Shown: positions 9,550 to 20,000 of the stretch, piece after piece
How the letters are laid out: every line of letters starts with the position of its first letter
Numbering within the stretch: position 1 is the stretch's first letter
IMG/VR virus record: IMGVR_UViG_3300030032_000362
Source of the DNA: a virus
Taxonomy: Duplodnaviria; Heunggongvirae; Uroviricota; Caudoviricetes
Direction: 5' to 3' (one strand)
DNA length: 64,000 bases
Notes under the pieces: model-generated
What the model was told of the DNA's origin: nothing
Database searches by the model: none
Seen by the model: the letters and a program-made list of their open reading frames with translations, nothing else
Made by a program: the position numbers and the translations under genes

Positions 9550-9614
9550 TTAATATGTCTGTTTTAAAATCAAATGAAAACCATATTATAAAGAAAATTT
9601 TCCTTACACATGTC
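9550..9614 (-). promoter_or_regulatory. Extended promoter/operator element (core motif plus inverted partner), copy 1 of 5
   Basis: TTAATATGTCTG then about 27 bp then CATATTATaAAG. It continues as AAAATTTTCCTTACACATGTC, which is shared with the 41499 copy. About 200 bp of structured leader separates it from the 8415..9344 start. Confidence 0.55.
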
Positions 9615-9658
9615 AAAAAGACAAAAGAAAAAGCCCCGGTTCTCCGAGGCTCTTTTCC

Positions 9659-9895
9659 TTATTTTTCAAAAATAACATCTTTCTTTTGTCTTTCTAACGC
9701 TTTCTTATATAAGCGATACGTAAAATTACCGACCATTTTCTGGTCATAAGTTACGATGGCAATTCCATCTTGTAAAGTAATTTTACAGTTTATAGATTTG
9801 CCATCATAGGTAGCTCTTTCCAATACCTTTGTCAAATACGGTACGAGAGTGCGCTTGTAATAAAAAGTCTTTCCATTATTTGTCTTTTTTTTCAT
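9659..9895 (-). CDS. Hypothetical small protein, paralog of 3030..3344
   Basis: Shares the N-terminal pattern with 3030..3344. Confidence 0.45.
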   Translation of the reverse strand: MKKKTNNGKTFYYKRTLVPYLTKVLERATYDGKSINCKITLQDGIAIVTYDQKMVGNFTYRLYKKALERQKKDVIFEK

Positions 9896-9898
9896 ACA

Positions 9899-10786
9899 CT
9901 ATTCTCCTTTTTCTTTTTTTAGAGTTTCAATGATTTCTTCAATTGTACTATATTTTTTCTTTGCGTGCATACGACTATACATTTTTTTTACATCAACACC
10001 ATAAGCATCGGCAATGGACTTAATTGTTGGATATTCTTTGTCATCCACAATATAATAATACGGTCTTTTTCCTAACATTCTTAAAACCACATCATCTAGA
10101 GATTTTTCCGGGTCTTTTATCAAATTTTCTTTTAACGTTGCCTCGGATAAATCATATTCTGCACATAACGCAGTTAAATTCTTCCATTTCTTACCTAAGC
10201 AATAAAAAGAAAAATCATATCTGGACTTTACCAGAGCAAACACGGCCTCTTCAATTGTCATGCCAGAATGCTTTACTCTGTATTGCAATGTTTGGCGAGA
10301 AATATTAAACACTTTAGATACCTCACCTAAACCATAATATTTTTTGCCTTGAATGGAATAAATTTCGGTTTTGTCCTTTTGGCGCACCGGAGTATTAATA
10401 ATTCTCTCAACGCTCCATTTACGGGTCAGCCTTTTTGTTACAAGGCTTTTTGAAAGCCCGGTCATTTTCACGATTTCCTCAATTGTAATAAATTTTCCTT
10501 TATAAGTTAAATCATATTTAAGAAAACTTTTTACAACTCCAGTAATTACTTTTTCTGATTTGCGCTTCTTTGTGTTAACCGCTTCTACCAACTGTTCATA
10601 ATTGATATTAAAATGGTCGGCCACTTCACGAAGCGTATTATAGCCTTTTCTAAAAGCTATCCATTTGTAAAAACTTAATGGCTGCTCATCCAAAGAAATT
10701 GGTGTTACTTTTGAATTTTTGTTCTGTCCCATCTGTTCAACATTGCATTGTTTATTAGACAATACAAATGGCCTTCCATCAGACAA
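9899..10786 (-). CDS. DNA-binding protein made of tandem helix-turn-helix-like repeats
   Basis: At least three roughly 45-aa repeats (e.g. ...GLSKSLVTKRLTRKWSVERII... and ...ISRQTLQYRVKHSGMTIEEAV...). They are homologous to 13766..14233. The annotated start is TTG; the true start may be the internal Met. Confidence 0.45.
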   Translation of the reverse strand: MSDGRPFVLSNKQCNVEQMGQNKNSKVTPISLDEQPLSFYKWIAFRKGYNTLREVADHFNINYEQLVEAVNTKKRKSEKVITGVVKSFLKYDLTYKGKFITIEEIVKMTGLSKSLVTKRLTRKWSVERIINTPVRQKDKTEIYSIQGKKYYGLGEVSKVFNISRQTLQYRVKHSGMTIEEAVFALVKSRYDFSFYCLGKKWKNLTALCAEYDLSEATLKENLIKDPEKSLDDVVLRMLGKRPYYYIVDDKEYPTIKSIADAYGVDVKKMYSRMHAKKKYSTIEEIIETLKKEKGE

Positions 10787-10875
10787 CTATAAAAACTACC
10801 TGTCTTTACAGTAAAATGTCTTTAGAAGACCTTTCTCCTTATTTTTATTTATTGCATAAAGCAAATTGTTATTAT

Positions 10876-10890
10876 TAATATGTCTGCTTA
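10876..10890 (-). promoter_or_regulatory. Conserved promoter motif copy (TTAATATGTCTGCTT)
   Basis: Upstream of 9899..10786 and adjacent to a hairpin terminator at about 10900-10935. Confidence 0.55.
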
Positions 10891-11305
10891 ACTATGATGA
10901 TAAAAAAAGAAGCCCTAATTTCTTAGGACTTCTTTGCTTTTTATAAATATGTATGATTTTATGGTTGAATCCCATCAGCTAAAGCTAATGGGATTTCTGA
11001 CTAATTATTTAAAGGAGAAAAAGAACTTAATGTTCTTGCTGTTGAAAACGATATTCAACCAAGTCTCCTCTGCAATTGGAAGAAAGAAAAGGGCAAGCAT
11101 TTCCGCAACACATCATCAGTGTGTCCATTTTTCGCTTTGCCCTTAATACCTTTTTCTGTGCCTTTCTCATTCACTCCGCAAAGTGCGAGCTTTCATCTTT
11201 TATAACTTCCCCAAATTTGAGGTTGCTATGGCTGTCCGCAAACACCGAAGGGCATTCTCATATCAGATAAATTTTTATAAAATTTATTAGGAAATATTGA
11301 TAATA

Positions 11306-11752
11306 TCATTTTGAAGCCTCCAATCTGCCAATCTGCCTATTGATTTTGAAATCCATTCTTCTCTCAACCACATCTTCGACTTGAAAAAGTAATTCCATCT
11401 GGCGGCACATGATTTTTACATCTGCCAATTCATCAATAATGTCCTCTCTTGCTTTATTTAAATTGATGATTTCAGATGTAGAATTTACATTTTCGCCTTT
11501 AGCAAGAGCAGATTTTCTCCTGTATTTAAGCAATGCTTTTGTCAGTTCTGACATCTCCTCGATGCACATATCGACCTGAGCCGGAGCCCCATATTCACAA
11601 ATACATCTTTTAAGTACATCATCTCTTTTGTTCGCATTATCCAATCTTTCTGCTGCTTCTTCTAATATTTCTACCGTTCCTTCAACTTCTCTTCCGAACG
11701 GTGGCGTTTTGTATGTATCAGCATATGCTCTAAGTTTTTCTGATATATTCAT
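11306..11752 (-). CDS. MazG-like nucleotide pyrophosphohydrolase (all-alpha NTP-PPase fold)
   Basis: EILEEAAERLDN and IIDELADVKIM resemble the paired EExxE/D metal-binding helices of MazG/HisE-type NTP-PPases. Confidence 0.45.
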   Translation of the reverse strand: MNISEKLRAYADTYKTPPFGREVEGTVEILEEAAERLDNANKRDDVLKRCICEYGAPAQVDMCIEEMSELTKALLKYRRKSALAKGENVNSTSEIINLNKAREDIIDELADVKIMCRQMELLFQVEDVVERRMDFKINRQIGRLEASK

Positions 11753-11772
11753 ATTTATTCCTCCTAATATTT

Positions 11773-12105
11773 CTAGTCTTGTTGTAACTGCTTCTTCACT
11801 TTAATCTCGTTAAAACCAGTTTCTGCCCGTCCAATAAAAAGCATGTCTTGCTGAATAAGCGGTATTGGTTTTTCAGAGATTTTCCCTACTCTTTTGCAAA
11901 AAGCTAAATATTCCGTTATTGTTGAACGAAAATCTGCTTCTGCTTTCTTTTTGGTATAGCCCATAATCGGCAAATAGTCTTGCTCAATGTTTATATGTCC
12001 TAAAAACACTTTGTCTTCCGCAGACCAATGAATTGCCGCTTTATACCCTTTGTATGGGCCTAATACTATCTGTTCAGTCATTTTCAATTTCCTTTCTTTA
12101 CGCAA
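11773..12105 (-). CDS. Hypothetical; possibly HicB-like antitoxin fold
   Basis: IEQDYLPIMGYTKKKAEADFRSTITEYL loosely fits HicB/UPF0150. No HicA partner was recognised. Confidence 0.3.
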   Translation of the reverse strand: MRKERKLKMTEQIVLGPYKGYKAAIHWSAEDKVFLGHINIEQDYLPIMGYTKKKAEADFRSTITEYLAFCKRVGKISEKPIPLIQQDMLFIGRAETGFNEIKVKKQLQQD

Positions 12106-12184
12106 ATATACAAGATATACTTACTATTTTTTGTCACCCTCCATATTTACCACCTCCTTTTGTTTTAAATTCTACTCTCTACAC

Positions 12185-12228
12185 TTAATATGTCTGTTTG
12201 AAATGAAAATCAAAATCATATTATGAAC
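12185..12228 (-). promoter_or_regulatory. Extended promoter/operator element, copy 2 of 5
   Basis: TTAATATGTCTGTTTGAAATGAAAATCAAAATCATATTATGAAC. Confidence 0.55.
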
Positions 12229-12394
12229 AAAAAATGTATAAGTAATGCTTGTAAGTCATAAATCAGTATGTTAAAATATTGATGACTAGGTTGCAGAAAC
12301 TTGTGATGCCTGTGACCGGAAGGGAGACCTAAGGGCCTCTCTTTTTTGTTCCCAAATGGGTAGTAGAAATAAAAGTTATATCTGCATCTCCTGT

Positions 12395-12455
12395 CCCCTC
12401 AGCCTTACACTACCTATACATATAGTCTGTTAAAAAAATGAGGGTGGTAAGAAAA
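12395..12455 (-). promoter_or_regulatory. Long variant element (B-type), copy 2 of 3
   Basis: CCCTCAGCCTTACACTACCTATACATATAGTCTGTTAAAAAAATGAGGGTGGTAA. Confidence 0.5.
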
Positions 12456-12578
12456 TGTATTGCTTTAGTCCCAAAGCCTACGTATTTTCGCTGTTTTTCT
12501 TTCTTGATTTTTCTTGTTTTTCAAAAATAGACAACTTTTTCCATTTGTGGTACAATAGAAAGAAAAAAGGGGGTTATT

Positions 12579-13088
12579 ATGGAAACTCAAAATTCAAATT
12601 TGGTTCAATCGAATAATATTTTCGAAAATGCTGAACCGTCCGACTTAAAATTTTTTGTCGTTACAACATTTTTGCCTTTCAGTCAATTCTTAGTCTCACA
12701 TCTTATGGAAAAATCATCTGAAATGAATAGTCTGAAAGAATGTAAAAAGGCGTTAAAGATTTACGCCATTGCCACTATTGTTATATTATCTCTTATAATA
12801 GGGATTGTTAGTGCAGTAACTAGTCCACCCGATTCATTAACTTCAAGATTTAAAACATCTTTAGAAATGAAAGTAGGTTATAGCGAAACACCTCTTCCAC
12901 GAATCAATGTACCAATACAAAAAGTGTATGCAGAAAATCCATCACTTATTGATATTGAAGAAAATGGGAGAATTACTGCAAAAAAGGCAGGAAGTACAAC
13001 TGTCACTTATCTTATTGATGGAAAAAAATTAACAACAGATGTTACGATAACAAAGGTAAAAAAGAAGAAAGGGAAAAAGAAAAAATGA
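12579..13088 (+). CDS. Membrane-anchored protein with C-terminal bacterial Ig-like (Big_2) domain and a lysine tail
   Basis: A TM helix (IYAIATIVILSLIIGIVSAV). IDIEENGRITAKKAGSTTVTYLIDGKKLTTDVTI is a Big_2-type strand pattern. The C-terminus is KKKKGKKKK. Confidence 0.45.
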   Translation: METQNSNLVQSNNIFENAEPSDLKFFVVTTFLPFSQFLVSHLMEKSSEMNSLKECKKALKIYAIATIVILSLIIGIVSAVTSPPDSLTSRFKTSLEMKVGYSETPLPRINVPIQKVYAENPSLIDIEENGRITAKKAGSTTVTYLIDGKKLTTDVTITKVKKKKGKKKK

Positions 13089-13741
13089 TGGATAAATCAA
13101 AATTAATGCAGGAGCGCGTTGTTTATCAAAGCAAAACAAGCAATATGCCATTGTTATATCAAATATTAGGCATTACTGGACGCGCCATATGGCCTGTAAT
13201 TTTTTATATTGCTATTTATTTTATCTGGACCCGCGTTTTTAATATCCGTTATATGCATCCGGATGATGTAAAAGCTGTTAAAGTGGTTGCAATTGTTCTT
13301 CTTGTTGGAGTTATATATTTAGTAATAAAACAAATAATTGTGGCATTGGATACCGTATCTTCATACCAACGATTTGATTTTATAATTACTACCAGCCGTA
13401 TAATCTTTTTTGATATAGATAGAATGCAAGAACAAAATCTTGACATTCAAAAGATATCAAATGTTGCAATTAATGCTTCCAGCCGGCAATATAATTATGC
13501 GACTATTTGTTTCTCCGTTGGAAGTGAAGAATACAATATATATGATGTTTTAGACCCGCAGTATGTAGTGGATATTTTCTACAAGGTAAAAGGAAAAGTC
13601 AAATTGGGCGACCAATTGCAAAACGCATATATAAATGATGTACTTACTCATCAGTCAGAAACAAACCAAGCAATCCTAAAAATGGGCGAGGCGATGGAGA
13701 AAATTGCAGCAACACAACAAAAGATACTGGAATCTAAATAA
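13085..13741 (+). CDS. Membrane protein (two TM helices, possible bPH-like domain)
   Basis: Overlaps the previous gene by 4 bp (ATGA). Two TM helices followed by a soluble domain. Confidence 0.4.
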   Translation: MMDKSKLMQERVVYQSKTSNMPLLYQILGITGRAIWPVIFYIAIYFIWTRVFNIRYMHPDDVKAVKVVAIVLLVGVIYLVIKQIIVALDTVSSYQRFDFIITTSRIIFFDIDRMQEQNLDIQKISNVAINASSRQYNYATICFSVGSEEYNIYDVLDPQYVVDIFYKVKGKVKLGDQLQNAYINDVLTHQSETNQAILKMGEAMEKIAATQQKILESK

Positions 13742-13785
13742 AAAAAGGCTTTGGGCTGAGATAGCTCAAAGCTTTTTGCTTTTAT
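13741..13785. terminator. Bidirectional terminator between convergent genes
   Basis: AAAAAAGGCTTTGGGCTGAGATAGCTCAAAGCTTTTTGCTTTT. It overlaps the 3' end of 13766..14233. Confidence 0.55.
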
Positions 13786-14233
13786 TATATTTCTCCATGT
13801 GAATTGCCTGCTCCGGAGTTAATCCTTTTTTCCTAACACGATATAAAAGTGTGCTAGTCGGCATATTATAATCTTTAGCAGCCTTTTGTAAACTATCATA
13901 CTCTTTCCCATCCACAGTAAAAGATTCCGTCTTTTCCATAGAGCGAATTGGTGTATCAATAATTCGACTTACTGGCCATTTTCGAGCAAGTCTTTTTTCT
14001 ATAATACTCTTTGATAGCCCTGACATATCCATAATTTGTTGTATCGTCAACACTTCTCCTTGATATGAGGAATCATACTTACGCATTTTCTTTATAATAC
14101 TGGTAAGATTTTTTTCGTTCTTTCGGGGAGTAATCTCGATATTTTTCTGTAATTCTTTTAAATTAAGTTTAAAATGTTCTGCTATTTGCTGTAAATCAGC
14201 ATATTCCTTATTATATACAATCCAATTTTCCAT
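13766..14233 (-). CDS. HTH-repeat DNA-binding protein (single-module paralog of 9899..10786)
   Basis: MDMSGLSKSIIEKRLARKWPVSRII and KEYDSLQKAAKDYNMPTSTLLYRVRKKGLTPEQA match the repeat units of 9899..10786. Confidence 0.45.
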   Translation of the reverse strand: MENWIVYNKEYADLQQIAEHFKLNLKELQKNIEITPRKNEKNLTSIIKKMRKYDSSYQGEVLTIQQIMDMSGLSKSIIEKRLARKWPVSRIIDTPIRSMEKTESFTVDGKEYDSLQKAAKDYNMPTSTLLYRVRKKGLTPEQAIHMEKYNKSKKL

Positions 14234-14374
14234 ATTTGTTCTCCATAATTTTTATATATTATAAGTATAGCCTATTTATTGAATAAATACAAGAAAAAGC
14301 CCATATTTCTGTATAGAACGTGAACTACTCGGATACAAGTAACCGAAAATCCCCGCCCTAAATACTTAAATTTC

Positions 14375-14581
14375 TCATTTATCGCTCTTTTTCGCTATTA
14401 CATATTTAAACTCTGTATTGCTAATATATTGAATTCCGGGAAGAGGCAGGCTATATTTGCCAATTAAATGATTGTATGTCTTTTTTATCAAAAAATAGTC
14501 TTCTCCCTGTGCGGCCATGGTTTCTATAATTTGAATTAGGCTTTTAGCCAGTTCCAATTTTTGTATTATTTCGGTGTTCAT
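14375..14581 (-). CDS. Hypothetical small protein (68 aa)
   Basis: Complete ORF with a GGAGAT RBS. Confidence 0.3.
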   Translation of the reverse strand: MNTEIIQKLELAKSLIQIIETMAAQGEDYFLIKKTYNHLIGKYSLPLPGIQYISNTEFKYVIAKKSDK

Positions 14582-14688
14582 ATTGATATCTCCTATTATG
14601 AAAATATTCTTATGATACCAAAAATACTGAATTTTATACTAAAAAAAAGAGCTAAAGCACAATAGTTTAGCTCTCTTTTCTTACAATA

Positions 14689-15045
14689 TTATTCAATTGG
14701 AACACTTAAATCTAAATAAAGTTTGTGAACGCTGCTTGGCTCTCCTTGCAAAACTCGCTGTAAATATGCTTTATATCCTATCATGTCTAGTTTTCCTGTA
14801 ACAAGCAATTTATCAATAACCATATCTAAAATAGCTAATGTATTTTCATCATATTGATGCGGCTTTTCAGAAAATGTAAAACAGCCACCTTTACCAAGAA
14901 CTTTATATTTTTTATCATATGGTGCATCAGAAAATTCATGCTGTAAAGTCGCTCGTTTTGATATTAACTCTCTTGTTTGCAAATCCACAACTTCCCATTG
15001 ACGAGGTCTAAAGATATAATATTCACCTAAAGAATTTTTTCCCAA
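14689..15045 (-). CDS. Hypothetical protein (118 aa), translationally coupled to the transglutaminase-like gene
   Basis: Overlaps 15027..15977 by 19 nt. Confidence 0.4.
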   Translation of the reverse strand: MGKNSLGEYYIFRPRQWEVVDLQTRELISKRATLQHEFSDAPYDKKYKVLGKGGCFTFSEKPHQYDENTLAILDMVIDKLLVTGKLDMIGYKAYLQRVLQGEPSSVHKLYLDLSVPIE

Positions 15046-15977
15046 AAGCTAGGAATGACAAATTGAGCAAGAAAATATTTTCCGTTTTCTTGATAAATTA
15101 CCGGCTTTGATACACCATTTTTTTCTATCCAGCAAGGGAAATTTCTTTTTGCTATATTAGGATATTCATTAAATATCTCTTTCTTTGATGCAGAAGTGGT
15201 ATCATAGCATAATTTTTCTATAGTATATTTATTTTGTATCGTCTCTTCGCCCTGTAAAAAATGAAGAAGCTTCTTTTTCTTTCCTAATTCAAATGGAGTT
15301 GCGTCCAATAAATACCATTTGCCATTGATTTGAACTTCATTCCACATATGGTCTTCGCTACAAACAATTACACATGGGATTTCATAATGATTACACAAAA
15401 CTTTAATTAAACTCGCTATCCCGGCGCAGCAGCCTTCTTTATGAGATAGAACATATCCAACATTTTGAGTTTCGCCTATGTCCTTTGCTTTATCAATATA
15501 ACTCCAACTTCGATATACAAATGTTCTTAATATAAATACAGTAATAGCGTAAATTTTGTATTGCGCCGGATAAGGTTCAATATATTTCAATTTTTCAAGT
15601 ATTTCATTATAACTTCTTTTGTATTCGAGTGCATCAGCATTAAAAATAACAGGATTATATAATTCATCTACATGCACTTCTATCATATATTTTCCATCTT
15701 CTTGTTTACTTAAAAGTCCTTGAAATTCTGCCCAAAAAATTTCAGGATGTTCAAGGGACAAAGTAATGCTCGCCCGATAAAGATTTTCTATTGTCATACA
15801 ATCCTTGCTCACAAGTATAATTGATTCTGTATTACATACCACATTTTCTATATCAAAGCAATATGTATGATATAATGTTGTATAAATTTGTTTCTCAATT
15901 TTTGTTAATTGCTTATAATAAAAATTGTTTGGTTCTTCTAAAACTGATTCCTTTAATTCTACATATTTGCTTGACAT
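15027..15977 (-). CDS. Cytoplasmic transglutaminase-like cysteine-protease-fold protein
   Basis: Cys-His-Asp core: HKEGCCAGIASLIKVLCNHYEIPCVIVCSEDHMWNEVQINGKWYLLDAT. No signal peptide. The whole protein is homologous to residues about 880-1180 of the 1312-aa surface protein. Confidence 0.6.
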   Translation of the reverse strand: MSSKYVELKESVLEEPNNFYYKQLTKIEKQIYTTLYHTYCFDIENVVCNTESIILVSKDCMTIENLYRASITLSLEHPEIFWAEFQGLLSKQEDGKYMIEVHVDELYNPVIFNADALEYKRSYNEILEKLKYIEPYPAQYKIYAITVFILRTFVYRSWSYIDKAKDIGETQNVGYVLSHKEGCCAGIASLIKVLCNHYEIPCVIVCSEDHMWNEVQINGKWYLLDATPFELGKKKKLLHFLQGEETIQNKYTIEKLCYDTTSASKKEIFNEYPNIAKRNFPCWIEKNGVSKPVIYQENGKYFLAQFVIPSFWEKIL

Positions 15978-16006
15978 ATCATTTCTCCTTCCAAAATTCT
16001 ATATTT

Positions 16007-16019
16007 TTAATATGTCTGC
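16007..16019 (-). promoter_or_regulatory. Conserved promoter motif copy (TTAATATGTCTGC)
   Basis: About 30 bp upstream of the ATG at 15977. Confidence 0.55.
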
Positions 16020-16212
16020 ACAAAAAGAAAAATTGAAATTAAACAGAGGATTCATTGACATTATGCTAAGTTTTTCGTACAATGATATTGAACCACTGAA
16101 CCCGCGAATGCGATGTAGGTGGTGTTTTTTTCTTAAATTACTTATAATAAAAAGGAAGACCTGAAATATTTTCAAGCCTTCCTAAACGAACATATTGATA
16201 ATTTTTCATTTT

Positions 16213-16629
16213 TTAAGCAGATTCTTCTTCCGCATTGCTTTCAGGTAATTCATCTATGTCATCTTGTAGTCCCATACACAAACCCATATATAATCTTGCA
16301 TCAACATCATCTAATACTTCTTTTGGTAATTTTCCTGCGCACCAAACTCCTTGTCTTTTAAATAATGATTTCAAAATAGTATATGGTTGTGCGCATATTA
16401 TGTATGATTCTTTCTCTAATTTCGTTGTTCCTAACTCAATAGTAACATTTGTTTCAAAATCTTTGCTTTCCGGGTCTGACGTTATCAGAAGAACTGTAAC
16501 GGCATCATAATTTTCAAAAATTGCACCCTCTTGTAATACTACTACAAATTTCCTTTTCCCCCTTGGAAAGTTTACATCAAAGGTATAAGGAAAATGTATA
16601 TAATAAATTTGCCCTCTTTCAAAATTCAT
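16213..16629 (-). CDS. mazF: MazF/PemK-family type II toxin (mRNA interferase fold)
   Basis: RGQIYYIHFPY...GKRKFVVVLQ...VLLITSDPESKDFE...SYIICAQPYTILKSLFKR follows the PemK/MazF pattern (RGdi--v-f-...RPvvVls...vvp-Ts...). Confidence 0.55.
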   Translation of the reverse strand: MNFERGQIYYIHFPYTFDVNFPRGKRKFVVVLQEGAIFENYDAVTVLLITSDPESKDFETNVTIELGTTKLEKESYIICAQPYTILKSLFKRQGVWCAGKLPKEVLDDVDARLYMGLCMGLQDDIDELPESNAEEESA

Positions 16630-16645
16630 AAATTAACCTTCTTTC

Positions 16646-16897
16646 TCACTTAATAGTTTTTTGCTGATGGATATGTAAGAGTTTTGTGTTTTCTGAACAT
16701 TTTTTGATATCATGTTCATTTGGTAAATGTCTTAAATTTTCATCCTTTAACACTTTACTGGCTCTTGTTTTTAATAATTCCATTTTTAATTTTATATTAC
16801 TTTGGGCTAAAACAGCTTGCATACCATCATCTCCTTTCGTTTTATCTTTTTTTCCCTTAAATAATTTAAACATAGAAAAACTCCTTTCATATTGCAA
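16646..16897 (-). CDS. Putative antitoxin partner of MazF (small, basic)
   Basis: Small ORF immediately upstream of the toxin with a 16-bp gap. The real start is probably an internal Met (MFKLFKGKKDK). Confidence 0.3.
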   Translation of the reverse strand: MQYERSFSMFKLFKGKKDKTKGDDGMQAVLAQSNIKLKMELLKTRASKVLKDENLRHLPNEHDIKKCSENTKLLHIHQQKTIK

Positions 16898-17036
16898 ATA
16901 TACAATACAAAAAGTGCAAAATTTGTAATTTTATATTTAAATCAATGGGATAATATTATTTTTTCTATATTATACAACAAAATTAGAGTAAAATCAACAA
17001 AGAAAAAAAAGAGGGAACTTATCGTCCCCTCTCTTA

Positions 17037-20000
17037 TCATTTCTTCACTTTCATTGTTTTCACAAATCCGGTCTTTTTCTTCTGAATCAGCTTTTTGTAC
17101 TTCTTCAACTGTTTCTTTGGCACCTTGAATGTAGCTTTCTTATAAATTCCTTTGAAAGCATTCTTTCCGATGCTCTTCAGCTTTGCTGCCTTAATAGTTA
17201 CTTTCTTCAGCTTCTTGCAGCCTTTGAAAGCATTTTTCGCAATCGAAGTTACGGTATACGTCTTTTTGCCAATCTTTACTTTATTCAAGATGGTAACGCT
17301 TTTCACTTTCTTCGATGTGCATTTCTTGACAACCGCATACTTTCCGGAAATAGCATATACCACTTTTCCTTTCGTTGCAGAAGTTACGGTTACTGCTTTT
17401 GGCTGCGCAGGTATAGGTTTTACGTTTGGCTGCGTAGGCATAGGCTTTACGTTTGGCTGCGGAACTGTTGGCTCTACATAATCATCATCAGACAACACCG
17501 GAACAGGATAGTCTGTTTCAATTTTATGATGTTCGTCTGTGACCGATTTTGCGCCCTTTAAAAAGTAATCATATCGAATCGGTTCTGTGTCATCCCATGT
17601 TGCATCTAGCAAATACCATTTTCCGTCAACCTGAATCTCATTCCACATATGGTCTACGCTGGACACGTTAATGCAAGGAATTTCATAATAATCGCATAAA
17701 ACTTTTATCATTTTTGCGTAAGATACGCAACATCCTTCTCCGTGTGTCATCATATAACCAATAGAACGAGTTTCATCCGTGCATACAGCGCCTAAAATAT
17801 TGGTTGAATTTCGATAACTATATGTGTTTACTACATAATCATGAATTAATTGTACTTTCCCTTTGATTGATGCTTGCTGAATTCCGGATTTGTCTAATGA
17901 TGAAATAATTCCATTAAAAAATCCTTTATATTCAAGAGCGTCTGCCTTAAAAGCAGTTTCATTATAAGCAGCTAAAGGCAAAACACCACTGGCATATCTT
18001 CCATCTACTTCTTTTACTCCGGAACCGTAAAAATAGAAAATCCAAAATATGGATGGATTATCCAAATATACGGCATAACTTGCATGCATCACATTTTTAT
18101 TTGTGATTTTATCAGTAGCGTAAAACATAATTTTTTTCATTTTACACTCGCCTTTATCCATGTCAAATTTATAATAATTATAAATTGTCGTATAGATTTT
18201 CTTCTCAACATCTGTGAGCTGGTTGTAATACCATTGATTGCTTTCCATCGGCTTTTCAGCATAAGGAATTTCTGTTTCAGTCCCATCAAGAGCCATTATT
18301 TGATTCGTTGGTCGTATCGTGTTGTTTGGATTCCACAAAGCCTTTAAATGGTAATCTGTAGCATTTTGAGGATTAATAATATCAACATAACCGTTTAGCT
18401 CCTCGCAGTACCATCCGGCAAAGGAATAGCCCTCTTTTGTCATGTATCTTGGTAAATCAATCGGGTCATCCTTATACTTATACTCTTTCGGGATTTCTGT
18501 TCCCTTCGGAAGAGTACCTCCATTTAAGTCAACAGAAATACGATAGGTTGTTCCTTCATATACCGCTTCCAAGGTCAAAGGACCGGAGGTATCTGCATCA
18601 ATTTTAGTAATAATCTTGTTGTTCAAGGTATTACGCCATCCGCAGACATAAAATCCCTTTCTCTTTACATTGGTCGGCAGGTCAAATTCATCACCGTAGG
18701 AGTAAGTTTTCGGGTATTCTCCAACAAACTCACCGCCAAGAGTATCATAAGTGATGCCGTAAATGCGGTTTGCTGCTTCCACATAGACTTTTAAGTTGTT
18801 CTTCAATGCATAATTGGACGGGAAAGGAATGGTTACGGTCGAATTCTTGTCTTCACAAGTTCCGGCACTTACCTCTGTTCCGTCTGCTGTTTCTACACGG
18901 TAGCTCTGAATATAACGGTTTGTATTGCACTTCATAATCAATGAATTGATTTTTTCGCCATACTCATACGTTACTTCGTTTGTTTTGTCCAGCTCACGGT
19001 CGCCAAGAAAAGCGGTTGTGTCACTGTACTTTGTACTGAATGTTACCGATGGCTTTTTATACCATGCGGCATAAAGCGTGGTGTCTTTTGCAATATCCCA
19101 CTTATTCTTTCCGGAACTGTAGTTGATTACAGCCGTTTCACGTTCCGTTACCGGAATCGTTTTTGTCCGGTCTGTTACCCATCCGGCAAAGTCATAAAAT
19201 TTGGAATACAGATATGGGAAGTCTTCCCATGCATCATAAGTAAACTCGTACTCTGTTTTCGACTGTGAATTCGTCACAAACGTTACTTTGTACGTGTTTG
19301 GTTTCCAAATAGCATATACAATTACAGTATCTACCTTTCCACTCAAATCGTCTACTACATCTCCATCTTTTGCATACGACCATCCGGTAAAGGAATAGCC
19401 GGTCTTCTCAAAACGGCATGTTGGATTGGCTTTTGTGTCATAGGTTACATCCAAGTCATCCATACTGCCGGAAGTGGCACCGTTCCCATCGAATACTACT
19501 TTGTGGGTTCTTGCCGTCCAATGTGCATAGAGCGTGTGGTTTTCCGCGCGGGTCATCTGTGTATCTTCCGTTACTTTTGTTCCACCTTTTTTTGCCGTGT
19601 ACCATCCGTCAAAGGTGTAACCGTATCGGGATGCCGTTGTTAAGGAATAATCCTTATCGAACGTGTTTGGCAATTCAGCGTCTTTCACTTCTCCTCCGTT
19701 AGCATCAAAAGATACTGTATAGGTGATTGGTTCCAGAATTGCCTTGAAAATAGAGTTGCAATCTACCGTCATGGTAGTTTCCGGTTCTAATTTCTCCGGC
19801 TCTCCTACTGCTTCTCCGTCTGCATTCATTGAATACTTTTCCCAACGAATCAGCTTATACCCTACGCTCGGATAAAAGTTTTCCGGCAGATTTGGTGAAA
19901 AAACTTCCTGATAGGAATGTTCTTCGTTCTGCACGTTGGTATTCTGATTGTTTCGGAAAGAAATCTGATAGACTTCCGGTGTCCATTTGGCATAGACATC

